Shown one piece after another: positions 19,821-29,801 of a stretch of DNA of 62,517 nt. The stretch is from positions 1 to 62,517 of the forward strand of contig CAMPCZ010000001.1 in assembly GCA_946648015.1 (NCBI GenBank), read 5' to 3'. Below the pieces are notes generated by a model that did no database searches, was not told where the DNA came from, and saw nothing but the letters and a program-made list of their open reading frames with translations. Source of the stretch: an uncultured Clostridia bacterium (GTDB lineage Bacteria; Bacillota; Clostridia; Christensenellales; CAG-1252). Position 1 is the stretch's first letter. Each line of letters begins with the position of its first letter. The translations under genes were made by a program, and so were the position numbers.

Positions 19821-20686
19821 TGGATTGGCATAAGATCGACTTGCATATGCACAGCACCGTGTCCGACGGCACCGATACGCCCGCCGCCATCGTGCAAAGC
19901 GTTAAGGCCGCCGGCATAGACCTCTTTTCGTTGACCGACCACGACGCCACCAAAGGCTGCGTGGCCATCATGGATAGCTTGCAAGCGGGCGACCCTGCGT
20001 TTGTTGCGGGCGTAGAGTTTTCGTGTCGAGACGAAGAGGGGCAATATCACGTGTTGGGCTATGGCTACGATCCCATGGCCGCGTCGGTACGCGCCATTGT
20101 GGACAAAGGGCACGGTCTGCGCGTCGGCAAATTGCAACGTAGGCTCGACTATATCGAGCGTGAATTCGGCTTTGCCTTTGCCGAGGAGGACAAACGCGCG
20201 TTGTACGCGCTGGATAACCCCGGCAAGCCGCATATAGGCAACTTGATGGTGCGCTACGGCTACGCAGCCGATCTCAACGAGGCCATCAAACGCTATCTCA
20301 ACCAATTTCACATTCGCAGCGAGTATATCCGCCCCGAAGAGGCCATATCCGCCATCATTGCCGCGGGCGGTATACCCGTGTTGGCGCACCCCTCGTACGG
20401 GCGCGGCGACGAGTGCGTCGTGGGCGACGATATGGACAAGCGGCTGCAAAAACTGATGGCGTTCGGCTTGCGCGGCGTAGAGGCGTTCTATTCGGGATTT
20501 TCGCCCAAATTGCAAAACGAAATGCTCGATTTTGCCGCACGCTACCATTTGTTCGTTACGGCCGGTAGCGACTACCACGGCACCAACAAGACGGTGCTGC
20601 TCGGCGACACCAACCTCGACGACGTCGCTTTGGCGCCTCGTGGCTTGCACGACTTTCTTGCCGCCGTGCCCATTCTTCGCCGATAG
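19817..20686 (+). CDS. PHP-domain metal-dependent phosphoesterase
   Basis: IDLHMHSTVSDGTD and SLTDHD motifs, downstream HP...GSDYHG. ATGA overlap with the preceding gene. Confidence 0.88.
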   Translation: MMDWHKIDLHMHSTVSDGTDTPAAIVQSVKAAGIDLFSLTDHDATKGCVAIMDSLQAGDPAFVAGVEFSCRDEEGQYHVLGYGYDPMAASVRAIVDKGHGLRVGKLQRRLDYIEREFGFAFAEEDKRALYALDNPGKPHIGNLMVRYGYAADLNEAIKRYLNQFHIRSEYIRPEEAISAIIAAGGIPVLAHPSYGRGDECVVGDDMDKRLQKLMAFGLRGVEAFYSGFSPKLQNEMLDFAARYHLFVTAGSDYHGTNKTVLLGDTNLDDVALAPRGLHDFLAAVPILRR

Positions 20687-20767
20687 CGCACCATATCGGC
20701 CGTCTTTTTCGGGTCAACAAAAACCCTACTTGCATTTGAGGCTCCCCTTCGAAGTTTTTATTTCCGT

Positions 20768-20817
20768 TTGACTTTTGGGATATTCCGACCGCTTGACTTT
20801 TGGGGCATTCCGACCGC
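20768..20817. repeat. Tandem 25-nt direct repeat (2 copies)
   Basis: TTGACTTTTGGGATATTCCGACCGC followed directly by TTGACTTTTGGGGCATTCCGACCGC. Confidence 0.9.
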
Positions 20818-20896
20818 GGTAGAGTTTTTTGACGCCGAAGCGCAAAGCACGGCCGCCGATTGTTGACGACGGTTTCCATTCGATATCCGATGTATA

Positions 20897-20932
20897 GAAA
20901 AACAAAGGAGAGATAAAACCTATCTCTCCTTT
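20897..20932 (-). terminator. Rho-independent terminator of the tRNA gene
   Basis: On the minus strand AAAGGAGAGATA-loop-TATCTCTCCTTT followed by GTTTTTCT, immediately 3' of the tRNA. Confidence 0.7.
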
Positions 20933-20940
20933 GCTATGTT

Positions 20941-21016
<76 letters not shown>

Positions 21017-21027
21017 ACGATATATAT

Positions 21028-21056
21028 AGTTTACGCCGTTCGGGGCGTTTTGTCAA
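21028..21056 (-). promoter_or_regulatory. Sigma-A-like promoter of the tRNA-fMet gene
   Basis: Minus strand TTGACA, 17 nt, TAAACT, about 10 nt upstream of the mature tRNA 5' end. Confidence 0.55.
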
Positions 21057-21452
21057 CCGATTGGCGCGCTTTTTTTGACTTGGCCGGGATCGCTTTTTGT
21101 CGAATGGGGTCGACCCACGTTTCGTGGCGGCGCAAGGGGGCGCAAAGCTTGCACGCGTGATGGCTTTTTCCCGTGCAATCCCGCACATTTGCAGTGTGCG
21201 GGCGCATGGTGCGCCTTGCAGCCGAGATCGGGCTAAGAAGTATGGCGGCGAGGCGTCTTCAAGGGAATGATTTATATATAGGCGCCGATTTTGCTTATGA
21301 CAACGCGCGCCGAACAATTTTTTGATTTGCGCTGAGGTATGCCGGTTCTCCTGCGCTTCGGCTGCGGCCGTTTCGTTTCTTTTTGTCGGATCGCCTATTC
21401 TTGGCTTGCCGCAAGCTTACGCAACGGGGGTGCGCTTGCCAAAAAATCCCTA

Positions 21453-21482
21453 TTGACAGGGCGGGGTGTGTTGCGGTATGAT
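21453..21482 (+). promoter_or_regulatory. Sigma-A-like promoter of the giant lipoprotein gene
   Basis: TTGACA, 18 nt, TATGAT, about 85 nt upstream of the ATG at 21569. Confidence 0.5.
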
Positions 21483-21568
21483 ATATAATGTATTTTTGTA
21501 CGCACCAAACGCGTACGTGTTCGCGCTTAGGCGCGCTATCGCTTAGGCGCGATATCAACGGAGGCTTT

Positions 21569-24500
21569 ATGAAAAAACGACTTTTGATAGCAGTTGTAGT
21601 GTTGCTCCTGGTTGTGGCGGTGGTATTGGCCGCTTGCCGCAAGCCCGACGATGACCCCACCGTAAAGACCATCTACGACGTTTCGCAAGGCACCACGGCC
21701 GTGGGCGCCGCCATTCAAAAGGCGGTGTCGCTCTCGGGCGCCGAAAACGTGTATTTGGCGTTGCGGTTTGTGGTGGACGAGGGTGAGGACGTCTACAACG
21801 AAGTGTACGACTTTGCCGCTATGCTCGACTTGGACGACGACCAAAACAGCACGTTGTCCTTCCGTCGCTACACCGATATTCAAAACATCATCTCGTGCGA
21901 GGTCTACTACCAAGGCGGCACGCTGTACGTCAACAAACAGCCCGCCGTAGATCGTGCCAGCGTGCCCAACGTGTCCTTGTCGCAGATCGCCTCCACCCTG
22001 ACGACATCGGCCGAACGCGGCCAGATCGCCTCCATTTTGCAGTTGTTGCCCGCCTTGGGCGACCGCGTGTTTGCCGAATGCGAACGCGTGGCCGAGGGCG
22101 ACGCGGTGACCTATACCTTTACGGTAGACTACGCTTCCATAGGCACGTGCGTGGGCTATCTGGTGTCGCAGACCGGTTTGCTGAACGTTGCCGACATGAC
22201 CCGCTTGCTGGGGTTGGACAAGGTGAATAGCGCAAGCACCACCAAAATTGCCTTCGTCACCCGCAACCAAGAAGGCGTGGGCGAAGTGTTCGAGTCGGCC
22301 AAAGTGCTGACGACCACCGGCGACCAAACCGTCACCAAGAGTTTGCAAACTTTTCGGTGCGAAGTACTGACCGACGGCGCCAAAACGCAGGCGCAATACC
22401 GCATTGCCATGCCCGACAACTTGGGCTCGTTCCGCTACTACCACCCCGCCAACCTCAGTCTATTGGGCACTTTGAAGGCGCAAGTCAACAGTTCGGCTAT
22501 GCCCGTGCAACTGTTTTCGCAACCCGCCATCACCTCTTTCAACTCATACACCTACGCGTGGGACGTCAGCGTGCAAAGCAACGTGGATTTGTCGGGCAAG
22601 TGGACGGCAAGCCTCGTCTTGACCGATCAACAAGACCGCACGCGCCGCGCCGCGTTCTACTACAACAGCGACGTGCTGTACGTGGATTTGTCGGGGCTCA
22701 ACCTCGGCAGTTGGCGTCTGAGCGCCGCCGAATTGCAGCGCGTGGCCGCGGGGTTTGACCGCACGCGCGAGGCTACCAGCCTCGGTGCCACCGACTACCG
22801 CGACATCATACTCGATCTGCTGGTGGACCGCAACGCACGGCAAGAGGAAGTGTCCTACACGCTGAACGGCGGCAACTTTGTCAAATTGTACAACGTTTTG
22901 CAGCAAACGTTGACGGGCGGCGCGTTGCTCACCTTGCCTCCGCTGGACATAGAGGACGTGCACGTGGTGATCAACACCCAAAACAACACTTTCCGTACCC
23001 TCACGGCCAAGGCGTCCGTGTGGGGCTGCGACGTTACTTTGGCGGCCAACAACCCCACCGTAGGGCCTGCCGTGGGCATAGCCACCCCCTTGTGGTTGGA
23101 TAATTGCGTAGATCCGCTCACTGCCGACAACATCACCCCCGTGATGGGCGGCGTGGTGCGCAGCTACACCCAAGCCAACGGCAATACCGCGCTGCTCGGC
23201 GCATTCCTGTCCTCTGTTTCGGGCGAGGATATAGACCTGGGCACGCGGGAGATCTACTACTACAACTTTGCCGCCAACGTGGCGGGCGATGGCAAAATCA
23301 ACGTGATCTCGGTCGATTTCGATACCAACCGCAACGAGCGCGTTTGCTCGCTGTACTACCACGCCGATACGCCCAACCGCCTGTACGTCGTTTTGCCTTC
23401 CTCGGGCGAAACCACCCGTGTGCGCAGCCTTACCCTAAAGGATGAGATGCGCTACGTCGACTTTGTGCGCGCCATCAACGGCAACGTCGAAGTGCGCGAG
23501 GTGAGCGATTGCGTCATAGCCAATACCCAATCGAGCCTATCCTTTACCTTTGGCGCGGCGGGGCTGGACGCCTTGCTTGCCAAACTGGGCAACGTGCTGA
23601 CGGCGCAAAGCGACGCGGCTTTGCCCAAGGACTTGGGCGTGCAAGCCGTGCGCGTTACGTTGGGTGCCGACCGTGCCGTCCGTTTGGTCTTCGGCGCCGA
23701 CCGCTTTGTCGAATTCGGCGTGGAAACGATAAACGTTGGCGATCAATCGCTGGCGCTCACCACCTCGGTGCGCCACAACGGCGTTTCCTATTTCGACGCC
23801 TACAATTTGCCCGACCAAATAGACGTGGCATTGGGCGACGGCAGCGCCAATACCCGTCGTATGACGGTGCGTTTGGAGGACTTTGACGCCGAGTGGGCGT
23901 TCGAGCACGAGCCGACCTTGGGCAGTGGCAGCCAAATGGTCACCGCCTATTGCACGGTGCTGGGGCAACGCGTCAATCTCGATTTCGGCGTGGATTGCAG
24001 CCGCCCCTCCGCGGTGGAAGTCAACGAGGTGCCCACCTATGCCGCCAAACTCAACGGCAAGGTCTTTGGCTTTGCTCGCTACAGCGAGGACGTGGCGCCT
24101 TTGGACGTGGTGCGTTCTTTCCGCTACGTCAAGGTGACGGTGGGCAATACCGTGCGCGACCTATCCCTGGTGTGGTTGCACGGCGGCGCCGCGCTTGACG
24201 ATGCCGATTGGTCTACGCCCGACCGCGAGGACGGCACCTATTCGGACTATACCCTGGTGCCCGCCGTCCAAAACTTCTTTGGCCATCTGGTGCCTCTCGA
24301 TAGTTATGGCGACGGCGTGGCCACCTACACCTTGGCGGGCACCTATACCTTGCGCTTGGACGGCGCCAAGATCACCACCGTGCGCGACGCGGCAACCTAT
24401 TTGACCTTGCGCACCTATGGTACGGCCCCCTACGATCCCTTCGACGGCGCCACCTACGACAACGCCGCACCCGTCTTCCTTACCGCCAACGGCATACAAG

Positions 24501-27500
24501 TGGACGCGGTGGACGAGTGGCATTGGGATATCGGTTCCATCAAAAACCGCACGCACGCCGAGGGTGGTGTGCGCGATCCGGGCACGGGCGCGCCCTATAC
24601 CAACGCCGCCCTTGTAGCCGCCTTGCACGACAAACTCTATGCTCTCGGCGGCAAATATTCCATCGACGTGGGCGTATACAATACGCTGGGCGTTGCCGAG
24701 CGCAACATCACCGTTACGATAACCGTCGAGCCCTACGTGATGGCTTCGGTAAGCTTTGAGCAATGCGCCGACGGCGTGTCCTACACCCCGCAAACGGGGG
24801 ATTATATGGGGCAATTTGCGGTGGCGGCGCGCACGCAAACTTCGCTTGCCTACAACTTTGCCTTTGCAAAAGTGGCCGTCGTAACCTTCGAGAACGGACA
24901 GGTGCAACGGTTCGACGCTCGCGATTGGACGGTTTCGCCCGTGCAATCGGTGCTGATGTTCAGGTCCTATCAAGGCAACGCGCGCCTTACGTTGGGCGAC
25001 GCGGCGGGTGGCAGACAAACCCTGCCTTTGCATTACGCGGTGGCCGCCACCGAGGCGGACGGCGTGGCGTTGTGGGGATACCGAGGCGACGCCAAGGTGG
25101 AGTTGGGCGAGTTGATGTCCGCCGACGAAAACACCACCGCGCTTTCCTTTGCGCTATCGGGTCTGAACCCCTACGATTACGTTTATCCCCGCGGCCTTGC
25201 CGTACACGTCGGCTCCGACGTGCAATACGTCGACTACGACTTTGTCTTCGAGGGTTGGGACGAAAACAAATTGTGGCACAACCCCACGCCCTACCAATGC
25301 ACGGCGGACGTGTACAACGTGCAGGTAACGGTCAGTATGCAATTTGCCGAAAAATACGTTACGGACGAGTGGTACTTTGCCGGCTACGTCGAGGACGCCG
25401 AGGGGTCGTACGTGTTTGACGGCGAGGGCTTTATACTGTACGACGCCATCAACCCCGCGCATAGAGGGCTTCGCCGCTACAGCCCCGTGGCCGAGCCTGC
25501 GGTGGTGTACCAAAAGAGTAAATCGGGCGCCTACGTCAACTTGGCGGGCGAGTGGGTGCTATACGACGACGCCAACGACTTGCACAACGGGTTGGATCGC
25601 TATACCTACGACGTGGTGCTGGCCACGCCCTATATCTACGAAGAGGCGGCCGACGGCCAATACGTCTACGTGGACGGCGTGCATATCCCCTATGATGCCG
25701 ACGTACACGCGGACGCCACCCGATACCAACGAGTCGGAGTAGCTAACGTGGTGTATCGCAAAGGTACCGACGGCATCGACCGCTTGGTGTTGGATCCCAA
25801 CAAGGTGGATTATCTCAGCACCGAGGTCTACCCCGCCTTGGTGGTGGTTACCTTCCACGACGGCACCAAAGCCGTGCTGGACGCGGTGTGGGATCTGTCG
25901 GTTTTGCGCACGGTGCGCCCCGACCAAGATTATACCGAAACGGTGGGCTTGTCCATTGCCATGGCGCAACCCTTGGCCGACGTGTATATGCGCATAGAGT
26001 CCACCAAGCCCAAATACGCCTATTACCGCGTAGATCTAGACGCGGCGGGCGAGCCTTTGCTGAATGAGGACGGCTTCTACGTGGGTGGCCAAAACGAGGT
26101 GGCGCTGTCCCTTTTGTCCGTGGACGGAGCGGGCAACTTGGTGGTGAACGACCTCACCTCGCTATCGGCCTTGCACGCCCTCGTGTGCGGTTGCGACGAT
26201 GAGGATTGTTTGGGATATCTGTACTTTGACTACGGCGATTCCACCACCGACAACGCGCGCTTTGCCATCAGCGAATGGCGAAATCTGGACGGCGTCGGCA
26301 CAGCCTTGTTGCAAGCGGCCGCCGCCAACCCCGACGTGCCGTTGCAAGAGTTGTCTTTTGCGGTGTCGGTCATTGCGGTGGCGCACAACATAGAGAACGA
26401 AATAACGGTGCGCGTCAACGCGTCCAATATGACGGGCGTGGTGTTTACAACGGCGGGTATGCCGTTGGTGGCCAGCGCCATGAGTTCGGCGGGCACCAAC
26501 GTGTACAGCATGCAGGCATCGGGCACTTCGTTGACGGTAGACCCCTATGTGGCCGACGTATTCGACGCCGCCAACTATCCCAAGCAAATGCAGTTTACGG
26601 TAGGCGGCAAGGCGTGCGTGGCCTACGTGGACGAGTGGGATCTGTCGGCGTTGGCGGGCCTTACGCCCTACGAGGGGACCCAAGCCACCGTATATGCCAA
26701 GATCCACACGCCCTTTGGCGACGTCAAGGTGGCGTGCGCGCTTTTGGTCAAGAGCCGCCGCATTCAATCGGTGGCGATAGATGGCGATACCAATCGTTAT
26801 ATCTACGTTGACGTGATGAGACCCGAGCCTTTCGGCGAGGACGTCATCGTGGAGGGCGGCCGCGCCATCGCCTACAAAAAGGTGGTGGTCCAATTTGTGG
26901 GCGACGATACGGCCTATGATATGACTATGCGCTACGACATCACCGACTACGTGGCGGGTTACAGCGCCGCGGCATTGTCTGCGGGCGCGGTCAACGTGGA
27001 GGTCGGCAACGCGGCGGGCGGCTATCAAACGTTGCAAAACTACCGCGTGTTTACGCGCGCCAACGACGTGATGAAGGTGTCGGTGCCTACCACCGACCCC
27101 GCCTATAGCGTGCTCGCCGACTATTTGGGCGGCGGCTGGGACGGCGTGTTGTACGACGGCGCCTTCGTCTACTTCGACGATACCGCAGCCGCCAATGCGG
27201 CGTGGCGTGCGTTGACTATGCGCAACGCCACCTTGGTGCTGTCGGTAGGCTATCAAGACGAGCTGGACGTGTTGCGTACCGTCGACTACACGGCCACTTT
27301 GGGCTCGCAAGAGCGCCTTGGCGTGGGGTATCGCTGGGAGCGCGCCACCATGGAGGGCAAAGACGTGCTGCGACTGGTGGTGTGGAACACCATTGCCGTG
27401 GCGGCGGACCACGTAGACAGCGTGCAATACGTCAGCACGGGCACCAACCGCTACATTGCGCTGGAGCGTTCGATGCTCAATATCGACCACGTGGACGGCG

Positions 27501-28048
27501 TGGCGTTGGCGCTTGCCTACGACGCCACCTATACCGTGCAAAAACTGTTGCAAGAGCACGCGTTGCGCATTGTAGACGAGCAACTGACTTTGTCCGATTT
27601 GTCCAGCTTGGTGTATGCGGCCGACGACGTAGACTTCGCTTCGCCTCTTGCTGCCGACACGCGTTTGGCGGTGGGCAACTACGTCTGGCGCATTGCCGTC
27701 AAGCAAAATACCTTGTACACGGGCTACGTGGACGTGGCCATAGAGGTGGCGCCTTGCCACCTGACATCGGTAGAGGTGCGCATAGCGGGCGTGCGCGTTG
27801 CCAATGCTACGCTGCTCGGCGGCTACACGTTCTCGCTGTCGGCCGACTTCTTGTCGGTGTCGGCTATGGATACCGAACGCACGGGCGTGCGCATTTTGGT
27901 GGAGTACTACGACGGCGTAGGTACCAAATTGGTGGGCACTCCCTACGAGGTGGGCGAATATAACGTGCGTCTTGTGTGCCAAGACGGCGGCTACGTCGTA
28001 GATCTCGGCGGCGGTGCGGACGGCTTTGCGCTTACCCTCGTCGACTAA
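21569..28048 (+). CDS. Giant (2159-aa) surface lipoprotein of unknown function
   Basis: RBS GGAGG. MKKRLLIAVVVLLLVVAVVLAAC lipoprotein signal. Uninterrupted 6.5-kb ORF rich in V/Y/D/T/N (beta-rich). No catalytic motif recognised. Confidence 0.85.
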   Translation: MKKRLLIAVVVLLLVVAVVLAACRKPDDDPTVKTIYDVSQGTTAVGAAIQKAVSLSGAENVYLALRFVVDEGEDVYNEVYDFAAMLDLDDDQNSTLSFRRYTDIQNIISCEVYYQGGTLYVNKQPAVDRASVPNVSLSQIASTLTTSAERGQIASILQLLPALGDRVFAECERVAEGDAVTYTFTVDYASIGTCVGYLVSQTGLLNVADMTRLLGLDKVNSASTTKIAFVTRNQEGVGEVFESAKVLTTTGDQTVTKSLQTFRCEVLTDGAKTQAQYRIAMPDNLGSFRYYHPANLSLLGTLKAQVNSSAMPVQLFSQPAITSFNSYTYAWDVSVQSNVDLSGKWTASLVLTDQQDRTRRAAFYYNSDVLYVDLSGLNLGSWRLSAAELQRVAAGFDRTREATSLGATDYRDIILDLLVDRNARQEEVSYTLNGGNFVKLYNVLQQTLTGGALLTLPPLDIEDVHVVINTQNNTFRTLTAKASVWGCDVTLAANNPTVGPAVGIATPLWLDNCVDPLTADNITPVMGGVVRSYTQANGNTALLGAFLSSVSGEDIDLGTREIYYYNFAANVAGDGKINVISVDFDTNRNERVCSLYYHADTPNRLYVVLPSSGETTRVRSLTLKDEMRYVDFVRAINGNVEVREVSDCVIANTQSSLSFTFGAAGLDALLAKLGNVLTAQSDAALPKDLGVQAVRVTLGADRAVRLVFGADRFVEFGVETINVGDQSLALTTSVRHNGVSYFDAYNLPDQIDVALGDGSANTRRMTVRLEDFDAEWAFEHEPTLGSGSQMVTAYCTVLGQRVNLDFGVDCSRPSAVEVNEVPTYAAKLNGKVFGFARYSEDVAPLDVVRSFRYVKVTVGNTVRDLSLVWLHGGAALDDADWSTPDREDGTYSDYTLVPAVQNFFGHLVPLDSYGDGVATYTLAGTYTLRLDGAKITTVRDAATYLTLRTYGTAPYDPFDGATYDNAAPVFLTANGIQVDAVDEWHWDIGSIKNRTHAEGGVRDPGTGAPYTNAALVAALHDKLYALGGKYSIDVGVYNTLGVAERNITVTITVEPYVMASVSFEQCADGVSYTPQTGDYMGQFAVAARTQTSLAYNFAFAKVAVVTFENGQVQRFDARDWTVSPVQSVLMFRSYQGNARLTLGDAAGGRQTLPLHYAVAATEADGVALWGYRGDAKVELGELMSADENTTALSFALSGLNPYDYVYPRGLAVHVGSDVQYVDYDFVFEGWDENKLWHNPTPYQCTADVYNVQVTVSMQFAEKYVTDEWYFAGYVEDAEGSYVFDGEGFILYDAINPAHRGLRRYSPVAEPAVVYQKSKSGAYVNLAGEWVLYDDANDLHNGLDRYTYDVVLATPYIYEEAADGQYVYVDGVHIPYDADVHADATRYQRVGVANVVYRKGTDGIDRLVLDPNKVDYLSTEVYPALVVVTFHDGTKAVLDAVWDLSVLRTVRPDQDYTETVGLSIAMAQPLADVYMRIESTKPKYAYYRVDLDAAGEPLLNEDGFYVGGQNEVALSLLSVDGAGNLVVNDLTSLSALHALVCGCDDEDCLGYLYFDYGDSTTDNARFAISEWRNLDGVGTALLQAAAANPDVPLQELSFAVSVIAVAHNIENEITVRVNASNMTGVVFTTAGMPLVASAMSSAGTNVYSMQASGTSLTVDPYVADVFDAANYPKQMQFTVGGKACVAYVDEWDLSALAGLTPYEGTQATVYAKIHTPFGDVKVACALLVKSRRIQSVAIDGDTNRYIYVDVMRPEPFGEDVIVEGGRAIAYKKVVVQFVGDDTAYDMTMRYDITDYVAGYSAAALSAGAVNVEVGNAAGGYQTLQNYRVFTRANDVMKVSVPTTDPAYSVLADYLGGGWDGVLYDGAFVYFDDTAAANAAWRALTMRNATLVLSVGYQDELDVLRTVDYTATLGSQERLGVGYRWERATMEGKDVLRLVVWNTIAVAADHVDSVQYVSTGTNRYIALERSMLNIDHVDGVALALAYDATYTVQKLLQEHALRIVDEQLTLSDLSSLVYAADDVDFASPLAADTRLAVGNYVWRIAVKQNTLYTGYVDVAIEVAPCHLTSVEVRIAGVRVANATLLGGYTFSLSADFLSVSAMDTERTGVRILVEYYDGVGTKLVGTPYEVGEYNVRLVCQDGGYVVDLGGGADGFALTLVD

Positions 28049-28097
28049 CTACTGCAACGTTTGCGCAAGCGTTCTTCGACCAACTAAACGTTTGCGC

Positions 28098-28143
28098 CCA
28101 ACCAAAAAGCACGCTACGATACGGTAGCGTGCTTTTTGGTTGG
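28098..28143. terminator. Bidirectional terminator with a 20-bp stem
   Basis: CCAACCAAAAAGCACGCTAC (28098-28117) pairs with GTAGCGTGCTTTTTGGTTGG (28124-28143). Confidence 0.85.
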
Positions 28144-28153
28144 ATTGCGTATT

Positions 28154-29659
28154 CTACTCGCCCATGGCAAAGTCGGCTATCGTCAAAAAGACGTCGGCCG
28201 TTATGGTTTTGGTGGCGGTTTGCAGGTTGTCGGCCGTTAGCGTCAAGGTGTATTGGTGGCCGCGCTCTACCGCAAAGCGGTAAAAGCCCGCCACCGTGTC
28301 CAGTGTTTGCTTTTCGCCCGTGTCCACGTCTTGCAGACATACGCTCACGCCCGAAAGGCGCAGCGCGGCCTTTTCGTCCATAATACCGTTGCCGTTGGCG
28401 TCTTTGGCCACTATGCCCGCTATCACCGTGCTGTCGGCAAATTGCTTGTTGGTCAGGCGTTTGACGGTAACGTTTTGGTACCGGCTATAGTCCTCTTCGT
28501 CTATGCAAAAATCAAAGTGCATACCTTGGGTGGCCAGCACCAGTGAGGCGCCGCTTTCGCGCCCGAATACGGCCACGCCGTCCGCCGTGCCGTAGAGAGG
28601 CAAGGCGTCGGGGCTATAATAGAAGTCGTTGGCTATGGTGTGCAGATAGCCCGAGCCGTAGATCTTGTCCTCGAATTGGTCGCGCAAGGCGTCCTTGTTT
28701 TCGAGTTCCACCACGCGCATACGGGGCTTCATTTGGCTAAAATAGTCGGGAGCGTTCTCTTCGCCAACGCCCATGATGCAGCCCAATTCCACCAAGTTGG
28801 AGGTGCGCAGCATCTCTACGGCCACGTTTTTGGGGAATATGATGTTGTCCAAACAATAGAGCGCCGCGCCCACCGAGCTGAAATCTATGGTGCGGTCGAG
28901 CCAATGGCACTCGAAGGATTGGGGATAGTTGTCAAAGTAGGGGTCCAGCAAGGTGTATCGCTCGGGCAGTAGGTTGGCAGGCAAGCGGTTTGCCTCGAAT
29001 AGGGTGGTGATATAAGCCGCCAACGCCAAGGTGAGTTGGCCGCCGTAGGAGTGGCCGGACAACCGAATGGGTTGGTCGTAGTTGGGGTGCAAGGCAAAAA
29101 AGTCGCAGTAGCGTGCCACCCACAACTCGGGCACCGAGCAATCGAAACCCGTGCTTTGCACGATGTTGGATTTGCCGGCGGCGTCGTATTGAACGTAGCT
29201 CGGTATTTTGCTCCAAATGCGTTGCTCGATGACGGTTACGTCCATATCGTCCGACAGGTGCCCCCACAAAAAGCTTATCACGTTGTAGCCCGCGTCGTAG
29301 AGCGTGTCGGGATAAAACATATAGCCGTCCGCCCCCTGCCCGTGCGAATGTATGACGGTGGGTTTGCTTTCGTCAAAGGGCGCGGCGTTTACGTCCTCGA
29401 CCCAACCTGTGGCGGGCGAATAAAAGGCAAAGCGCACCGTGCCCAAGTCAAAGGCGGGGTCGGTGTGATAGTCGGCGATGCCGGGTACGTCTTGCGCCTC
29501 GGCGGCGTATTGCTCGGCCATTGTCTTGGCCACTTTCGTTTGGGCAGGCGTAGCGTCCCCGTCTTTATCTTGCGGGGCGGCGGTGTTGCAGGCCGCTGCC
29601 GACAATCCCACGCAGAGTGCCAATGCCGCTACCAACAAAATGCAAAGAAAACGTTTCAT
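28154..29659 (-). CDS. Secreted lipoprotein lipase-like alpha/beta hydrolase with C-terminal Cna-B/SdrD-B-like beta-sandwich
   Basis: Lipobox LSAAAC. Nucleophile elbow GHSYGG. C-terminal GIVAKDANGNGIMDEKAALRLSGVSVCLQDVDTGE...AGFYRF. Confidence 0.8.
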   Translation of the reverse strand: MKRFLCILLVAALALCVGLSAAACNTAAPQDKDGDATPAQTKVAKTMAEQYAAEAQDVPGIADYHTDPAFDLGTVRFAFYSPATGWVEDVNAAPFDESKPTVIHSHGQGADGYMFYPDTLYDAGYNVISFLWGHLSDDMDVTVIEQRIWSKIPSYVQYDAAGKSNIVQSTGFDCSVPELWVARYCDFFALHPNYDQPIRLSGHSYGGQLTLALAAYITTLFEANRLPANLLPERYTLLDPYFDNYPQSFECHWLDRTIDFSSVGAALYCLDNIIFPKNVAVEMLRTSNLVELGCIMGVGEENAPDYFSQMKPRMRVVELENKDALRDQFEDKIYGSGYLHTIANDFYYSPDALPLYGTADGVAVFGRESGASLVLATQGMHFDFCIDEEDYSRYQNVTVKRLTNKQFADSTVIAGIVAKDANGNGIMDEKAALRLSGVSVCLQDVDTGEKQTLDTVAGFYRFAVERGHQYTLTLTADNLQTATKTITADVFLTIADFAMGE

Positions 29660-29741
29660 ATTTTACCTCTATATCAAGATAGCACTAGACTATCATATTT
29701 TGCCGTGCTCGTCAAGACACATTTTTTGGCGTGCGCCACAT

Positions 29742-29769
29742 AAAAAACCTACGGCCGTTGTGCCGTAGG
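29742..29769 (-). terminator. Rho-independent terminator ending the 36003-29802 operon
   Basis: Minus strand CCTACGGC-loop-GCCGTAGG followed by T6. Confidence 0.7.
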
Positions 29770-29801
29770 TAATGGTCGCTCGCTACGTCGGTGGCGCTCG
29801 T

